Shown here: piece by piece, positions 10,692 through 21,216 of the stretch
Position numbering within the stretch: the stretch's first letter is position 1
Layout of the letters: each line of letters starts with the position of its first letter
Origin: an uncultured Erysipelotrichaceae bacterium
GTDB taxonomy: Bacteria; Bacillota_I; Bacilli_A; RF39; UBA660
DNA: 64,000 nt
Assembly (NCBI GenBank): GCA_902773675.1
Contig: CACYFN010000001.1
Location: forward strand, 2,384 to 66,383
Reading direction: 5' to 3'
Made by a program: the position numbers and the translations under genes
Notes under the pieces: generated by a model
What the model saw: the letters and a program-made list of their open reading frames with translations, nothing else
What the model was told of the DNA's origin: nothing
The model's database searches: none

Positions 10692-11951
10692 TTATTCTCC
10701 TTTAATAATATCAAATACTTTATTAACTTCTAAATCATATTTAATGTAATCAGTATTTCCACCATAATTCTTAATAACTTCTTCTTTAGTCATATTATAT
10801 TTCTTAGCTATTTCATCTACTTTAGCATCTACTTCTTTATCAGTTACTTTAATTTTCTCTACTTTAATAATTTCTTCAATAATTAATCTATTTTTAACTC
10901 TTTTAAAAGCTTCTTCTTTATATTTTTCTTTTAGATCTTCTTCAGTAGAATTAGTTAATTTATAGAACTGATTAATATCTATTCCTTGCATAGCTATATG
11001 ATCAGCAAATTGATGAACCATTCTATGAGCTTCTTCATCAACCATAACTTCAGGTATATCAATTTCTGTATTTTTAGAAATTTCTTCTAAAAGAGCATCA
11101 ATGTATTTATTTTCTACTTCTGTTTCTTTTCTAGCTTTAATATTTTCTTTAACTTGTTTTTCTAATGACTCTTTAGAGTCAATACCTTCCATACCTAAAT
11201 CATCAAAGAAATCTTTATCAAGTTCAGGTAGTTTAACTTCTTTTATTTCATTAACTTTAACTTTAAATACAACAGGTTTACCTTTCAAATCTTCTGCATG
11301 ATAATCTTCAGGGAAAGTAACATTAATATCTTTTTCTTCACCAGTTTTCATACCTATCAATTGTTCTTCAAATCCTGGTATAAATGTATTGCTTCCAATT
11401 GTTAAGGAGTAATTTTCTCCTTTACCACCTTCAAAAGCTACTCCATCTTTAAATCCTTCAAAATCAATAATAGCTATATCTCCAGATTCAACTTTTCCTT
11501 CTTTTACAATATTTTCTTTATATTGTTCTCTCATATTATCAATAGCTTCTTTTATTTCTTCTTTAGTAACAGTTATTTTTTCCTTTTTAACACCTAATTT
11601 TTTATAATTTCCTAATTTAAATTCAGGTTTTAAAGTTAATTTAAATACATATTCAATATAATTTTCATCTACTGATTTAATATCTACAGAAGGTTGAGCA
11701 ACTATTTCAATATCTTTATTTTCATCTAATATTTTCTTATAAGCTTCCTCAATACAATATTCTGACGCATCAAAAAATAATGATTCAACTCCATACTTTT
11801 TCATAAAAACACTCTTAGGTGCTTTCCCTGGTCTAAATCCGTCAATTTTAACCTTTTTACTTGCTTTTTGATAAGCTTTCTCTATTGCTTTTTTCCAAGA
11901 ATCTCCTTCAATTTTAATTGTTATTTCTCTAATACTATTATTTTTCTCCAT
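10692..11951 (-). CDS. tig: Trigger factor
   Basis: GFRPGKAP motif and a three-domain architecture of the expected length. Confidence 0.9.
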   Translation of the reverse strand: MEKNNSIREITIKIEGDSWKKAIEKAYQKASKKVKIDGFRPGKAPKSVFMKKYGVESLFFDASEYCIEEAYKKILDENKDIEIVAQPSVDIKSVDENYIEYVFKLTLKPEFKLGNYKKLGVKKEKITVTKEEIKEAIDNMREQYKENIVKEGKVESGDIAIIDFEGFKDGVAFEGGKGENYSLTIGSNTFIPGFEEQLIGMKTGEEKDINVTFPEDYHAEDLKGKPVVFKVKVNEIKEVKLPELDKDFFDDLGMEGIDSKESLEKQVKENIKARKETEVENKYIDALLEEISKNTEIDIPEVMVDEEAHRMVHQFADHIAMQGIDINQFYKLTNSTEEDLKEKYKEEAFKRVKNRLIIEEIIKVEKIKVTDKEVDAKVDEIAKKYNMTKEEVIKNYGGNTDYIKYDLEVNKVFDIIKGE

Positions 11952-12021
11952 CTTTCTTCCTCCAATACCTATATAGTATATAATAAAATATATAATTTAT
12001 CAATACTTTTAATAATCAATA

Positions 12022-12519
12022 TTATTTAGTTGACGCTCTTCTAATAATTTTAGCATCTTCATCAATAAATTCAAACATTTGATTAAATTTCTGTTCTGAA
12101 TATATTTTTAAATTATCAACATCAGTAATATCAATCCATTTACCAGCATCAATAATTGACAACTTTTTTGTATTCTTATCAATCGGAACCTTAATAGTTT
12201 TAGGTAATTGTAATACCATTAAAATATTTTTTTTCTTTTTAAATAAATATTTTCTATTTGTTACTTTTATATAATCATTATTCAATGATTCTATATTTTC
12301 ATAAAAGACAATCGGACTACCATCTTCATTAACAAATTTTCTATAATTTTCTCCAAGAACATATAATTTATACCTTACATCACTTTTTGTACCATTTAAA
12401 TTAATCAAATCAATATCAACAATTTCATAAAAAACTTTCTCTCTTACTCGCATAAGTGTTAAATCACCTTTTGCAAGACCCACAGCCAAATAGCTATAAA
12501 TATCATAATCTTCCGCCAT
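12022..12519 (-). CDS. Hypothetical protein (165 aa)
   Basis: Clean ORF with no recognisable motifs. Divergent from the HTH-phosphoesterase gene. Confidence 0.4.
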   Translation of the reverse strand: MAEDYDIYSYLAVGLAKGDLTLMRVREKVFYEIVDIDLINLNGTKSDVRYKLYVLGENYRKFVNEDGSPIVFYENIESLNNDYIKVTNRKYLFKKKKNILMVLQLPKTIKVPIDKNTKKLSIIDAGKWIDITDVDNLKIYSEQKFNQMFEFIDEDAKIIRRASTK

Positions 12520-12623
12520 ATATATCCCTCATTCGGGTTAATATAATAACATTTTATATTTTTTTTGTCAATCATATTTACAATTTTTATATGGTATGAT
12601 AGGATTATTTTAAGGAGTTATTT

Positions 12624-13670
12624 ATGATTGATTTAAACAAAAGAATTATTGAATTAATAGCAAATGGTAGAACATTAAATGAAATATCTACACAACTTAA
12701 TATTACACACAAACAAATTTATGCAAGACTAAAAACATTGCAAATACATGGCTTTGAATTTGAAAGAGAATACCATTATAATGGAAACATAAAGTATATA
12801 CCTCAAAATAAAGCAATAAGCACAGAACGTGAAGGTATTGATTTAATAACTAAAGCAACTGACCAGCAAATAAATATTATGCTAATATCTGACATACATA
12901 TTGGAAGTAAATATGATGAAATTGAATTACTAAATAAAATATATGATTATTGCATTAATAATAATATTAATATAATAATTAATGCAGGAGATTTAATTGA
13001 TGGTTTATCATTTGGAATGGAAAAGAGAATTAATAGTTTTGAAAAACAAATTGATTTTTTAATCAAAAACTATCCATTTGATAAAAATATAATCAATTTT
13101 ATATGTTTAGGAAATCATGATTTAGATAGTTTTACATCAAATAATCAAGATATTGCAACTGCACTTTCTAATTTACGTCACGATTTAGTTCCATTAGGTT
13201 ATTGTTTAGGAAACATAAATATTAAAAATGAATCAATTTATGTTAAACATCATATAATTGATTACCCATCAGCATATATTCCTAATGAAAGTTTGATTTT
13301 ACTTGGTCATTCACACAAAGCATCTATATATCTTAACGGAAACTTATATGTTCATATTCCAACATTAAGTAATTTAAATAATGATACACATGGTTTTCCT
13401 AGTGCAATGGTCATGTCAATAACATTTAAAAATGGATATTTTAAAATGGGACATTTTGAACAATTATTAATTGTCGACAAAATATATAAAATAAACGAAT
13501 ATATATCTGAGTTATTTCCAAATCGTATTTTTAAAAAGAAAAATCAAACTATTCTTGAAGAGAATGATAGTGGCAACTATTTAAAGAATTTTGATAATAT
13601 ACAAACAAATACTCAGCCTAAAAGCGAACAAAAAAAATTATCCCGAAAGCAAAAGAAAAAAACTAAATAA
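12624..13670 (+). CDS. Calcineurin-like metallophosphoesterase with an N-terminal HTH domain
   Basis: Complete MPP motif set (DIH, GDLID, GNHD, KHH, GHSH). The N-terminal ~45 aa resembles a sigma-r4/LuxR-like HTH (RTLNEISTQLNITHKQIYARLKTL). RBS GGAG is present. Confidence 0.6.
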   Translation: MIDLNKRIIELIANGRTLNEISTQLNITHKQIYARLKTLQIHGFEFEREYHYNGNIKYIPQNKAISTEREGIDLITKATDQQINIMLISDIHIGSKYDEIELLNKIYDYCINNNINIIINAGDLIDGLSFGMEKRINSFEKQIDFLIKNYPFDKNIINFICLGNHDLDSFTSNNQDIATALSNLRHDLVPLGYCLGNINIKNESIYVKHHIIDYPSAYIPNESLILLGHSHKASIYLNGNLYVHIPTLSNLNNDTHGFPSAMVMSITFKNGYFKMGHFEQLLIVDKIYKINEYISELFPNRIFKKKNQTILEENDSGNYLKNFDNIQTNTQPKSEQKKLSRKQKKKTK

Positions 13671-13703
13671 AAAGTCAAAAAATGAAAATATTTTGACTTT
13701 TTA
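13670..13703. terminator. Bidirectional intrinsic terminator between convergent genes
   Basis: 11-bp stem AAAAGTCAAAA/TTTTGACTTTT with a 10-nt loop, flanked by A and T runs. Confidence 0.6.
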
Positions 13704-13737
13704 TTATTTAATTTTATTTTTTTACACTATTATTTAT

Positions 13738-15705
13738 TTACTTTCTTGTAAAATATCCTGGATTATCTTCTGTATCTATTTTAGCATATTTAGAATTAAC
13801 ATTACTTTTATTATAACTAGTCCCGTTTTCACCTTTTAAATATATATCATTCATAAACATATTAGTAGATTTAACACCATCATTAATTAAAATATTTTCA
13901 TTAACAAATATTGTCTTTAATTTTTTCATACTCATAAACATAAATTCAACAGTCTCAATACTATTAAAATTAAAACTACTGATATCCAAGTGTTCCAATG
14001 AATTACAATTATAAAACATTGCATACATCGAGGTAACTAATTCCGTATTAAAATTACTAATATCTAATTGTTCAAGACTACTACAATTACCAAACATCCA
14101 ATTCATATCAGTAACACTTGAAGTATTAAAATTACTTAAATTAAGATTTTTTAATGCACTACAAGAAGAAAACATATATGACATATTTTCTACATTAGAT
14201 GTATCAAAACTACTTAAGTCTACTTTTTCCAAAGAAGTATCACCATTAAACATATATTGCAAATTAGTAACTTGAGTAGTATCAAAATTACTTACATCTA
14301 ATTCCTTTAAAGAATTACAATTATAAAACATCCATCCCATATCTGTAACTTTTGATGTATCAAAATTACTTACATCTAAATTAGTTAAATTAGAACATTT
14401 ATTAAACATTGATTTCATTGTAGTAACCTTACCAGTATCAAAATTACTTACATCTAATTCATTAAGTGAAGTACATCCTAAAAACATAAAATTCATTTCC
14501 TCTACATTCGACGTATCAAAATTACTTACATCTAAATGTGTTAATGAATTACATTTATAAAACATTGACTTCATACTAGTTACTTTTGATGTATCAAATT
14601 TACTTACATCTACACCTTTTAATGAATTACAATCTCTAAACAAATAGCTCATATCTGTTACTTTACTAGTATTTAAATTTTCAGGCCATATAATTTTTTC
14701 TAAGTTAGTATCACCATAAAACATATGGTTCATATCTGTAATATTACTTAAGTCTAAATATGATAAATCTATTTCTTTCAATTTAGGATATTCACTTAAT
14801 AAATATGATATATCCTTAGACTCATATTTACTATATAAATCTTTTGATACAATATATATATCATATATATCATCATTTTTTACAAAATATTCTCTAACCT
14901 TTTCTTCATCATATTTTGATATATTAAATGATCCATCTGTACTATTAGGTAAATCTTCTTTTCTAACAAAATATATATTTCCAATATTTTCCTTAGTTAT
15001 ACCTATTTCTTCATTAGTTATTTGACTAAATTTATTTGTATCGATTTTAATAACATTATTTTTTAAATTAATAATTATTTCTACATCACTATCCGCTTTA
15101 ACATAACTAGTAATTCCTAAAATCATTAATAAAGGAATTATAAAAACTTTCTTTTTTGTTTTTATTAGTATAGGTAAAAATATAATTGATACAAATATAA
15201 TTATTACATATTGTTTTATATCATCATTTGTATTAGGATTAATAGCTATTATTTGTTCATTATTGGCCTCAATTTCTTCCACTCTTATTTTTAATGATAT
15301 ATCATCTAAATTATATACTAAATTATCACTATATACTTCATCTATATATTTTAATGTAACATATATTTCAAATCTATCATTTCCTTTAATTTCATCATTT
15401 TTATAATGATATGTAACATCAACATATTCGTTAGAATTATTATATTCTAAGCCTTTAATTTTATATATTTTTTCAGCATTATTTATTAATACTATTTTAT
15501 ATTCAACATAATCCCCTACTTTATTAAATTCAATAGTAGATTCAATATTATTATCTTCATAAGAAGGATTACTTACATTTATAGTTTCATTTTTATTATC
15601 AATATAAACTTCTTCAATATTAAAAATATCATTTGCTGCTTTAACATTTATAATATTTAAGATAATCATTATTAATAATATAAATATTTTTTTTAATATT
15701 TTCAT
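13738..15705 (-). CDS. Secreted or surface DUF285/BspA-type leucine-rich-repeat protein (655 aa) with an N-terminal module and an internal hydrophobic hairpin
   Basis: Signal peptide (VKA cleavage site). About 11 repeats of D(V/L)SNFDTSxVTxMxxMFxxCxSLxxL. Conserved C-terminal GYFT(R/K)K. Confidence 0.75.
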   Translation of the reverse strand: MKILKKIFILLIMIILNIINVKAANDIFNIEEVYIDNKNETINVSNPSYEDNNIESTIEFNKVGDYVEYKIVLINNAEKIYKIKGLEYNNSNEYVDVTYHYKNDEIKGNDRFEIYVTLKYIDEVYSDNLVYNLDDISLKIRVEEIEANNEQIIAINPNTNDDIKQYVIIIFVSIIFLPILIKTKKKVFIIPLLMILGITSYVKADSDVEIIINLKNNVIKIDTNKFSQITNEEIGITKENIGNIYFVRKEDLPNSTDGSFNISKYDEEKVREYFVKNDDIYDIYIVSKDLYSKYESKDISYLLSEYPKLKEIDLSYLDLSNITDMNHMFYGDTNLEKIIWPENLNTSKVTDMSYLFRDCNSLKGVDVSKFDTSKVTSMKSMFYKCNSLTHLDVSNFDTSNVEEMNFMFLGCTSLNELDVSNFDTGKVTTMKSMFNKCSNLTNLDVSNFDTSKVTDMGWMFYNCNSLKELDVSNFDTTQVTNLQYMFNGDTSLEKVDLSSFDTSNVENMSYMFSSCSALKNLNLSNFNTSSVTDMNWMFGNCSSLEQLDISNFNTELVTSMYAMFYNCNSLEHLDISSFNFNSIETVEFMFMSMKKLKTIFVNENILINDGVKSTNMFMNDIYLKGENGTSYNKSNVNSKYAKIDTEDNPGYFTRK

Positions 15706-15725
15706 AAATAATCCCTCCTACTCTA

Positions 15726-18128
15726 TTATTTTTTTGTAAAATATCCTGGGTGCTCGTCATTATCAATTCTAGCATATGTCGCATTTGTATAACTTCCACT
15801 ATAAGTAGTACCATTTCCACCAACTATTTTTTTTGCATCTAAAAACATATATTTTGAATTAGCTCCATCAACAATTTCAAAATCATTATTTACATAAATA
15901 GTTTTTAATGACTTACATAATCTAAACATATTATAAATAGCAGTTGCTTTTTTAGTAGAAAAATTTCCTAAATCTAATGTTTCAAGATTATAACAAGAAC
16001 CAAACATATATCCCATTTCTGTAACATTACTTGTATCAAAATTACTTACATCTAAATGTTTTAAACTTTGACATCTTTGAAACATTACTGACATATTTGT
16101 TACATTTGATGTATTAAAATTACTTACATCCAACTCTGTTAAATTAGTACAATAATTAAACATATAACTCATATCCGTTACATTACTTGTATCAAAATTA
16201 CTTACATCAATCTCTGTCAATGAACTACAATTAGTAAACATTGATTTCATTGTAGTAACCTTACTAGTATCAAATCTACTTACATCTAATTCTTTTACAT
16301 TTGAACAAGTACCAAACATATATGACATATCAGTTACACTTCTAGTATCAAATCCACTTACATCAAGTTCAGTAATTAATTCTTGATATTGAAACATTCC
16401 AGTCATATTAGTAACATTACTGGTATCAAATCCACTTACATCAATTTTCTCTATTTTTGTATGTTGACCATTATTATACTGAGTTGATCCAATACCAAAC
16501 ATCCATCCCATATCCGTTACATTTCTAGTATCAAAATTACTTACATCAACTTCTTCTAAACTTGTACAATTATAAAACATAGACCTCATATTAGTTACAT
16601 TACTTGTATCAAATCCACTTACATCTAATTTTTTTACACTATGACAATTACTAAACATAGCCATCATATCAGTTACATTTGATGTATCAAATTTACTTAC
16701 ATCAATCACTTCTAATTTATTACAGTTTCCAAACATATATTTCATATCAGTAACATTACTTGTATCAAATCCACTTACATCTAAAGTTTCTAAACTTTTA
16801 CAATTATGAAACATATAATACATACTAGTAACATTAGAAGTATTAAATCCACTCACATCTAAATTATTAAGATGAGACTGATTTTGAAACATAGATGACA
16901 TATCAGTAACATTAGAAGTATTAAATCCACTCACATCAACATATTCTAAATCTCCATAACTTTTTAATTCAGATCTGATTCCAAACATCCATTTCATACT
17001 AGTTACATTTGATGTATCAAATTTGCTTACATCAACTGTTTTTAATTTAACACAATTAGAAAACATACTTTCCATGCTAATTACATTACTTGTATTTAAA
17101 TTTTCTGGCCAAATAACCTCTTCTAGATTAATATCATTATAAAACATATTTTCCATATTAGTAGCTTTACTTAAATCAATATTAGATAAATCAATAGTAT
17201 GAACATTTTCTAAATTACTAAATAAATTAGATAAATTATTTGAATAATACTTACTAATATCTTCATTAGATACTATATATAGATTATACAAGTCATTATT
17301 GCTTTTATAATATGCAATTATTCGATTATCATTTTGAATAGAAATATCATATGAACCTTCAATATCATCTGGAAGTTCATCACTTTTTATAAAATATATA
17401 TTGGCGATTTTATCCTTTGTAATACCATATTCTTCATTAGTAATACCTTTAAATCTATTTGGATTAGCATTAATTATAACATTATTAAATTGAATATTTA
17501 AATTTTCTTCCTTTAATGCAGAAACATAAGTAGTTATACTGCTAATTAAAATCAGAGGTATTATAAATAGTTTTTTCTTTTTCTTAATAATTATAATTAA
17601 CAATAATGAAGTACTAACTAAAATGATTACAAATACTTTTATATTATCATATGTTGCAGGATTAATATCAATATCAATAATTTTTTCATTAGAATTTAAA
17701 TCTTCAATCTTTATATTTATTATTATATTATTTAATATTTGTAATTCATCTACATCAGCCATATTTTCATATTTAAATGTTACATATATAATAAAAATAT
17801 CATTAGGTTTAATATAATCATTTTCATAATCATATTCAACATTAATATATTCATCATTATAATTATCTGTAATTTCTTTTATTCGATAATCTTTATTGCT
17901 ATTATTTTTTAATTCTATTTTATATTTAATATATTCACCTACTTCATTAAAAGTAATTGATGCATTAACATCTAATTTATCATATGTTAAATTCAATCTT
18001 TCAATCTGTTCAGATTCTTCTTCAATATTAATATTATTTATAATAAATTCATCATTAAAAGCATTAACATCTTTTATACTAAATAATGCTATAATTAATA
18101 TTAAAAAAAATTTATATATCCTGAACAT
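15726..18128 (-). CDS. Paralogous DUF285/BspA-type LRR surface protein (800 aa)
   Basis: Same architecture as the neighbouring gene. About 15 DVSxFDTSNVTxM repeats. The 20-bp intergenic gap suggests co-transcription. Confidence 0.75.
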   Translation of the reverse strand: MFRIYKFFLILIIALFSIKDVNAFNDEFIINNINIEEESEQIERLNLTYDKLDVNASITFNEVGEYIKYKIELKNNSNKDYRIKEITDNYNDEYINVEYDYENDYIKPNDIFIIYVTFKYENMADVDELQILNNIIINIKIEDLNSNEKIIDIDINPATYDNIKVFVIILVSTSLLLIIIIKKKKKLFIIPLILISSITTYVSALKEENLNIQFNNVIINANPNRFKGITNEEYGITKDKIANIYFIKSDELPDDIEGSYDISIQNDNRIIAYYKSNNDLYNLYIVSNEDISKYYSNNLSNLFSNLENVHTIDLSNIDLSKATNMENMFYNDINLEEVIWPENLNTSNVISMESMFSNCVKLKTVDVSKFDTSNVTSMKWMFGIRSELKSYGDLEYVDVSGFNTSNVTDMSSMFQNQSHLNNLDVSGFNTSNVTSMYYMFHNCKSLETLDVSGFDTSNVTDMKYMFGNCNKLEVIDVSKFDTSNVTDMMAMFSNCHSVKKLDVSGFDTSNVTNMRSMFYNCTSLEEVDVSNFDTRNVTDMGWMFGIGSTQYNNGQHTKIEKIDVSGFDTSNVTNMTGMFQYQELITELDVSGFDTRSVTDMSYMFGTCSNVKELDVSRFDTSKVTTMKSMFTNCSSLTEIDVSNFDTSNVTDMSYMFNYCTNLTELDVSNFNTSNVTNMSVMFQRCQSLKHLDVSNFDTSNVTEMGYMFGSCYNLETLDLGNFSTKKATAIYNMFRLCKSLKTIYVNNDFEIVDGANSKYMFLDAKKIVGGNGTTYSGSYTNATYARIDNDEHPGYFTKK

Positions 18129-18267
18129 AGTTTCAATCCTCCTTCTTTATTATAACATAGTTTATTATTATTATCTATCTTGACAGCAAAAAAAAGTTTA
18201 TTTTTAGTTTAAAAATATTATTTTATAAAAAAAAAAACAAACTATGTAAGTTCGAATAAAATCAATA

Positions 18268-18341
18268 TGGAGGGCCCAGTCGGATTTGAACCAACGATCA
18301 GGGAGTTGCAGTCCCACGCCTTACCACTTGGCTATGGACCC
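18268..18341 (-). tRNA. tRNA-Cys (GCA)
   Basis: Reverse complement reads GGGTCCATAGCCAAGTGGTAAGGCGTGGGACTGCAACTCCC...TTCAAATCCGACTGGGCCCTCCA. Anticodon loop CTGCAAC. CCA is encoded. Confidence 0.85.
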
Positions 18342-18444
18342 AAGAACAAAATAATTATATCAAATTTTTTTTATTGTTTCAATATAATTTTGTAATATTT
18401 TATGTATTTTCTGAAAATAATATTAATAAATTAAGGAGAAATAC

Positions 18445-20337
18445 ATGATTAAAGAAAATAAAAAATATTTATATTATTATATAATCATATCTATTTTTAG
18501 TATTATTATCAATTTATTATTCTTATATAACATAATCTTATTTAAAAATGTTGAAAATTTATTTAAATCATTATTACTAATATCAATCATCTTAATAACT
18601 ACATCATTTAATATATTTCTATATATAACAAAAAGTAAAAAGTTATTTACTATCATTTCTATTATATTCATAATCTATATAATAATTCTTACAATAATTA
18701 GTTATAATTTAAGTAACATCTATACCAGAATAAATAAAATATCTCTTAATAAGACAATATATTCATCTAGTATTGTTACTTTAAAAAATAATGATAATAC
18801 AAATATTAAAAAAATAGATAAAATAGGTATTATTGATAATAAAAATAGTATTGATGGATATATTATTCCACATGAAATAATTAATACAAATAGTCTAAAT
18901 ATTAAATTAATTAATTATAATGACTATATTAGTATGATTAATGACCTATTGAATCAAAAAATTGAATATATCTTCTTACCTACTAACTATAAAGATAGAT
19001 TTAGAGAATTAGAATTTAATGATAATCTTGATAATTTAAAAATAATATATAGTCAAGAAAAAGAAAAAAAATATAAAATAAACAATAAAAAAATAATAGA
19101 ACCATTTACTATCCTTTTAATGGGAGTTGATTCAGAACAAGATAATATTAATAATAGCTTCTATAATGGAGATGCTTTAATATTAATTACTTTTAATCCT
19201 AAAACAAATAATAGTACAATGTTAAGCATACCAAGGGATACATACTTAAATATAAGTTGTATGAATAATAGGCGTAATAAAATAACCCATAGTGCATGGC
19301 AAGATGAAGATTGTATTATTAACACACTCAATAATTCATTTAATATTAACATTGATTATTATATTAAAATTAACTTTAAAGGATTAGTTAATTTAGTTGA
19401 TAATATAGGAGGTATTGAAATTGATGTACCTTATAACTTTTGTGAAAGTGATTCTAATCGTCTATGGGGAGCAAACACAATATTTGTAAAAGAAGGATTT
19501 CAACACCTTGATGGAGAACAAGCGCTTGCCCTAGCACGTAACCGTCATCCTTGGAAAGACTATTGTCCTTTAGAATATACTAATTATTATAGTAGTGATA
19601 TTATTAGAGGAGAAAATCAGCAAAAAATATTAAATGCAATAATAGAAAAAATTAAAACAATAAAATCAATCGATACATTTAATAATATTCTTGATACCAT
19701 AAGTAATAATGTTATTACTAATTTAAGTACCAACAATATTTTATCATTTTATAATATTGGTAAAAACATTAGTAAAATAAATATTCAAAAATTATACATA
19801 AATGGATATGATGAATATATATACGATTACGACTATATAAATAATACTGGTACTAAATTAACTTTATATAATTATATTCCATATAGTGAAAGTATTAATG
19901 AAATATCCAAAACTATGAATGATAATTTAAATGGAAATTTAGTAATAACTAATGAAACTATTGGAGATTTAGAAGGAAATAAATATATTAATTTAATGCC
20001 TAATTTTATAGGTAAAACATATTATGAAGCTCAAAATTTTTGTAATAACAATAATATTAAATTAAATATTAATTATGTAAGTGGTAATAACTTAGGTACT
20101 ATAACTAATCAAAATATAAATGAATTAACAGATATAGAATATGTAAATAGTTTAACAATTGATGTAGTAAATAGTAAATTAGAAATAAAAAAAGAAATAC
20201 CTAAAAATAATTTAAATAATAAAGAAAATACTAATAAAGATAATTCTATTAAAGAGGATATTAATAAAAAAAATGCTAGTAATTCCAATAACAATAATAT
20301 TGAATTAGATCCTATTATAAGTGAAATATTTAACTAA
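18445..20337 (+). CDS. LytR-CpsA-Psr (LCP) family protein with an extended N-terminal membrane region and a C-terminal extension
   Basis: LCP core motifs (TILLMGVDS...DALILITFNP...LSIPRDTYL...INFKGLVNLVDNIGGIEIDVP). GGAG RBS upstream. Confidence 0.75.
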   Translation: MIKENKKYLYYYIIISIFSIIINLLFLYNIILFKNVENLFKSLLLISIILITTSFNIFLYITKSKKLFTIISIIFIIYIIILTIISYNLSNIYTRINKISLNKTIYSSSIVTLKNNDNTNIKKIDKIGIIDNKNSIDGYIIPHEIINTNSLNIKLINYNDYISMINDLLNQKIEYIFLPTNYKDRFRELEFNDNLDNLKIIYSQEKEKKYKINNKKIIEPFTILLMGVDSEQDNINNSFYNGDALILITFNPKTNNSTMLSIPRDTYLNISCMNNRRNKITHSAWQDEDCIINTLNNSFNINIDYYIKINFKGLVNLVDNIGGIEIDVPYNFCESDSNRLWGANTIFVKEGFQHLDGEQALALARNRHPWKDYCPLEYTNYYSSDIIRGENQQKILNAIIEKIKTIKSIDTFNNILDTISNNVITNLSTNNILSFYNIGKNISKINIQKLYINGYDEYIYDYDYINNTGTKLTLYNYIPYSESINEISKTMNDNLNGNLVITNETIGDLEGNKYINLMPNFIGKTYYEAQNFCNNNNIKLNINYVSGNNLGTITNQNINELTDIEYVNSLTIDVVNSKLEIKKEIPKNNLNNKENTNKDNSIKEDINKKNASNSNNNNIELDPIISEIFN

Positions 20338-20368
20338 AATAGTATGCAATTTTATATTGCATACTATT
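20338..20368. terminator. Bidirectional terminator hairpin
   Basis: Perfect 13-bp inverted repeat AATAGTATGCAAT/ATTGCATACTATT with a 5-nt loop, followed by a T-rich run. Confidence 0.6.
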
Positions 20369-20371
20369 TCT

Positions 20372-21197
20372 TTATTTTATAAGTACTACTTCTTTTTTAT
20401 TTTCCTTTTCTAATTCTTTCAAACTCTTTTTAGGTGTTGGTAAATTCTCAGGCATTGTTCCTCCTAACTCTTCTATTGTTTTTTCTAACAGCCTTTCCAA
20501 CTTTATAATGAGTATCAGTAGCAATATATTCACTCTTTTTTGTTTGTTTTTCAAGTAAAGCTTCTGTTTGTGTTATTCTAAATATATTTGCCCCCAATTC
20601 ATTACTACCCATATTATCCAAAATATCTTCCCTATATCGAAGTCCTTTTCTTTTAGCTATATCATCTGCTGTCTCACCGCCATATAATCATTTGTAACCT
20701 GCATTTGTAAATAAATCAAAATTTTTTACACCTTTTTCTTTAGCAGTTTTATATAAAATTTTATTACCATCTTTTGTTTGTTTTCTACGATATAATCTTT
20801 TCTCATCCTCTGTTAATAAACTATAATCTTTTTCACTTAATTCCTGTTTTCTTGTTTGTATTGCAAAATAAGTTTGACCTAAAGCCACTGCTTCAAATTT
20901 TGGATTTGCATTTTGAACAATTAAATAACAAGCATATCTACTTAATTTATAATCAACAATTGGTTTAGTAGTCTTACCAGCTAATACGATTTTGGTGTTA
21001 ACACCAAAATGGGAATTTATATTATTATTACTTTGAGAACAAGCAATTTGAGCCTTTTCAATAACTGCGCAAAAATATCTCCATTCCTTATAACCAAGTA
21101 TTTTCTGTAACTCTCTGGCACACCAGTATTCATTTCCATGTACATCAATATGTTTAATATTTTCAAAAATTTTATCATGTATTTCCAATGTATTCAA
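20372..21197 (-). pseudogene. Disrupted DinD-family (DNA-damage-inducible protein D-like, Bro-N-type N-terminal domain) paralog. It has an in-frame TGA after ...NAGYK and a downstream frameshift. The TTG start is preceded by a GGAGGA RBS.
   Basis: Track ORFs 20688..21197 and 20372..20554 are homologous to the N-terminal and C-terminal parts of the intact neighbour 21217..22050. A Gly codon (GGA) in the neighbour corresponds to TGA here. Confidence 0.6.
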
Positions 21198-21216
21198 TAC
21201 AATTCCTCCTCTATTT

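Noticed and set aside
20372-20554. 60-aa ORF as an independent small gene
   Set aside because: It is the frameshifted C-terminal segment (GGTMPENLPTPKKSLKELEKENKK) of the disrupted dinD-like paralog and matches the C-terminus of 21217..22050.
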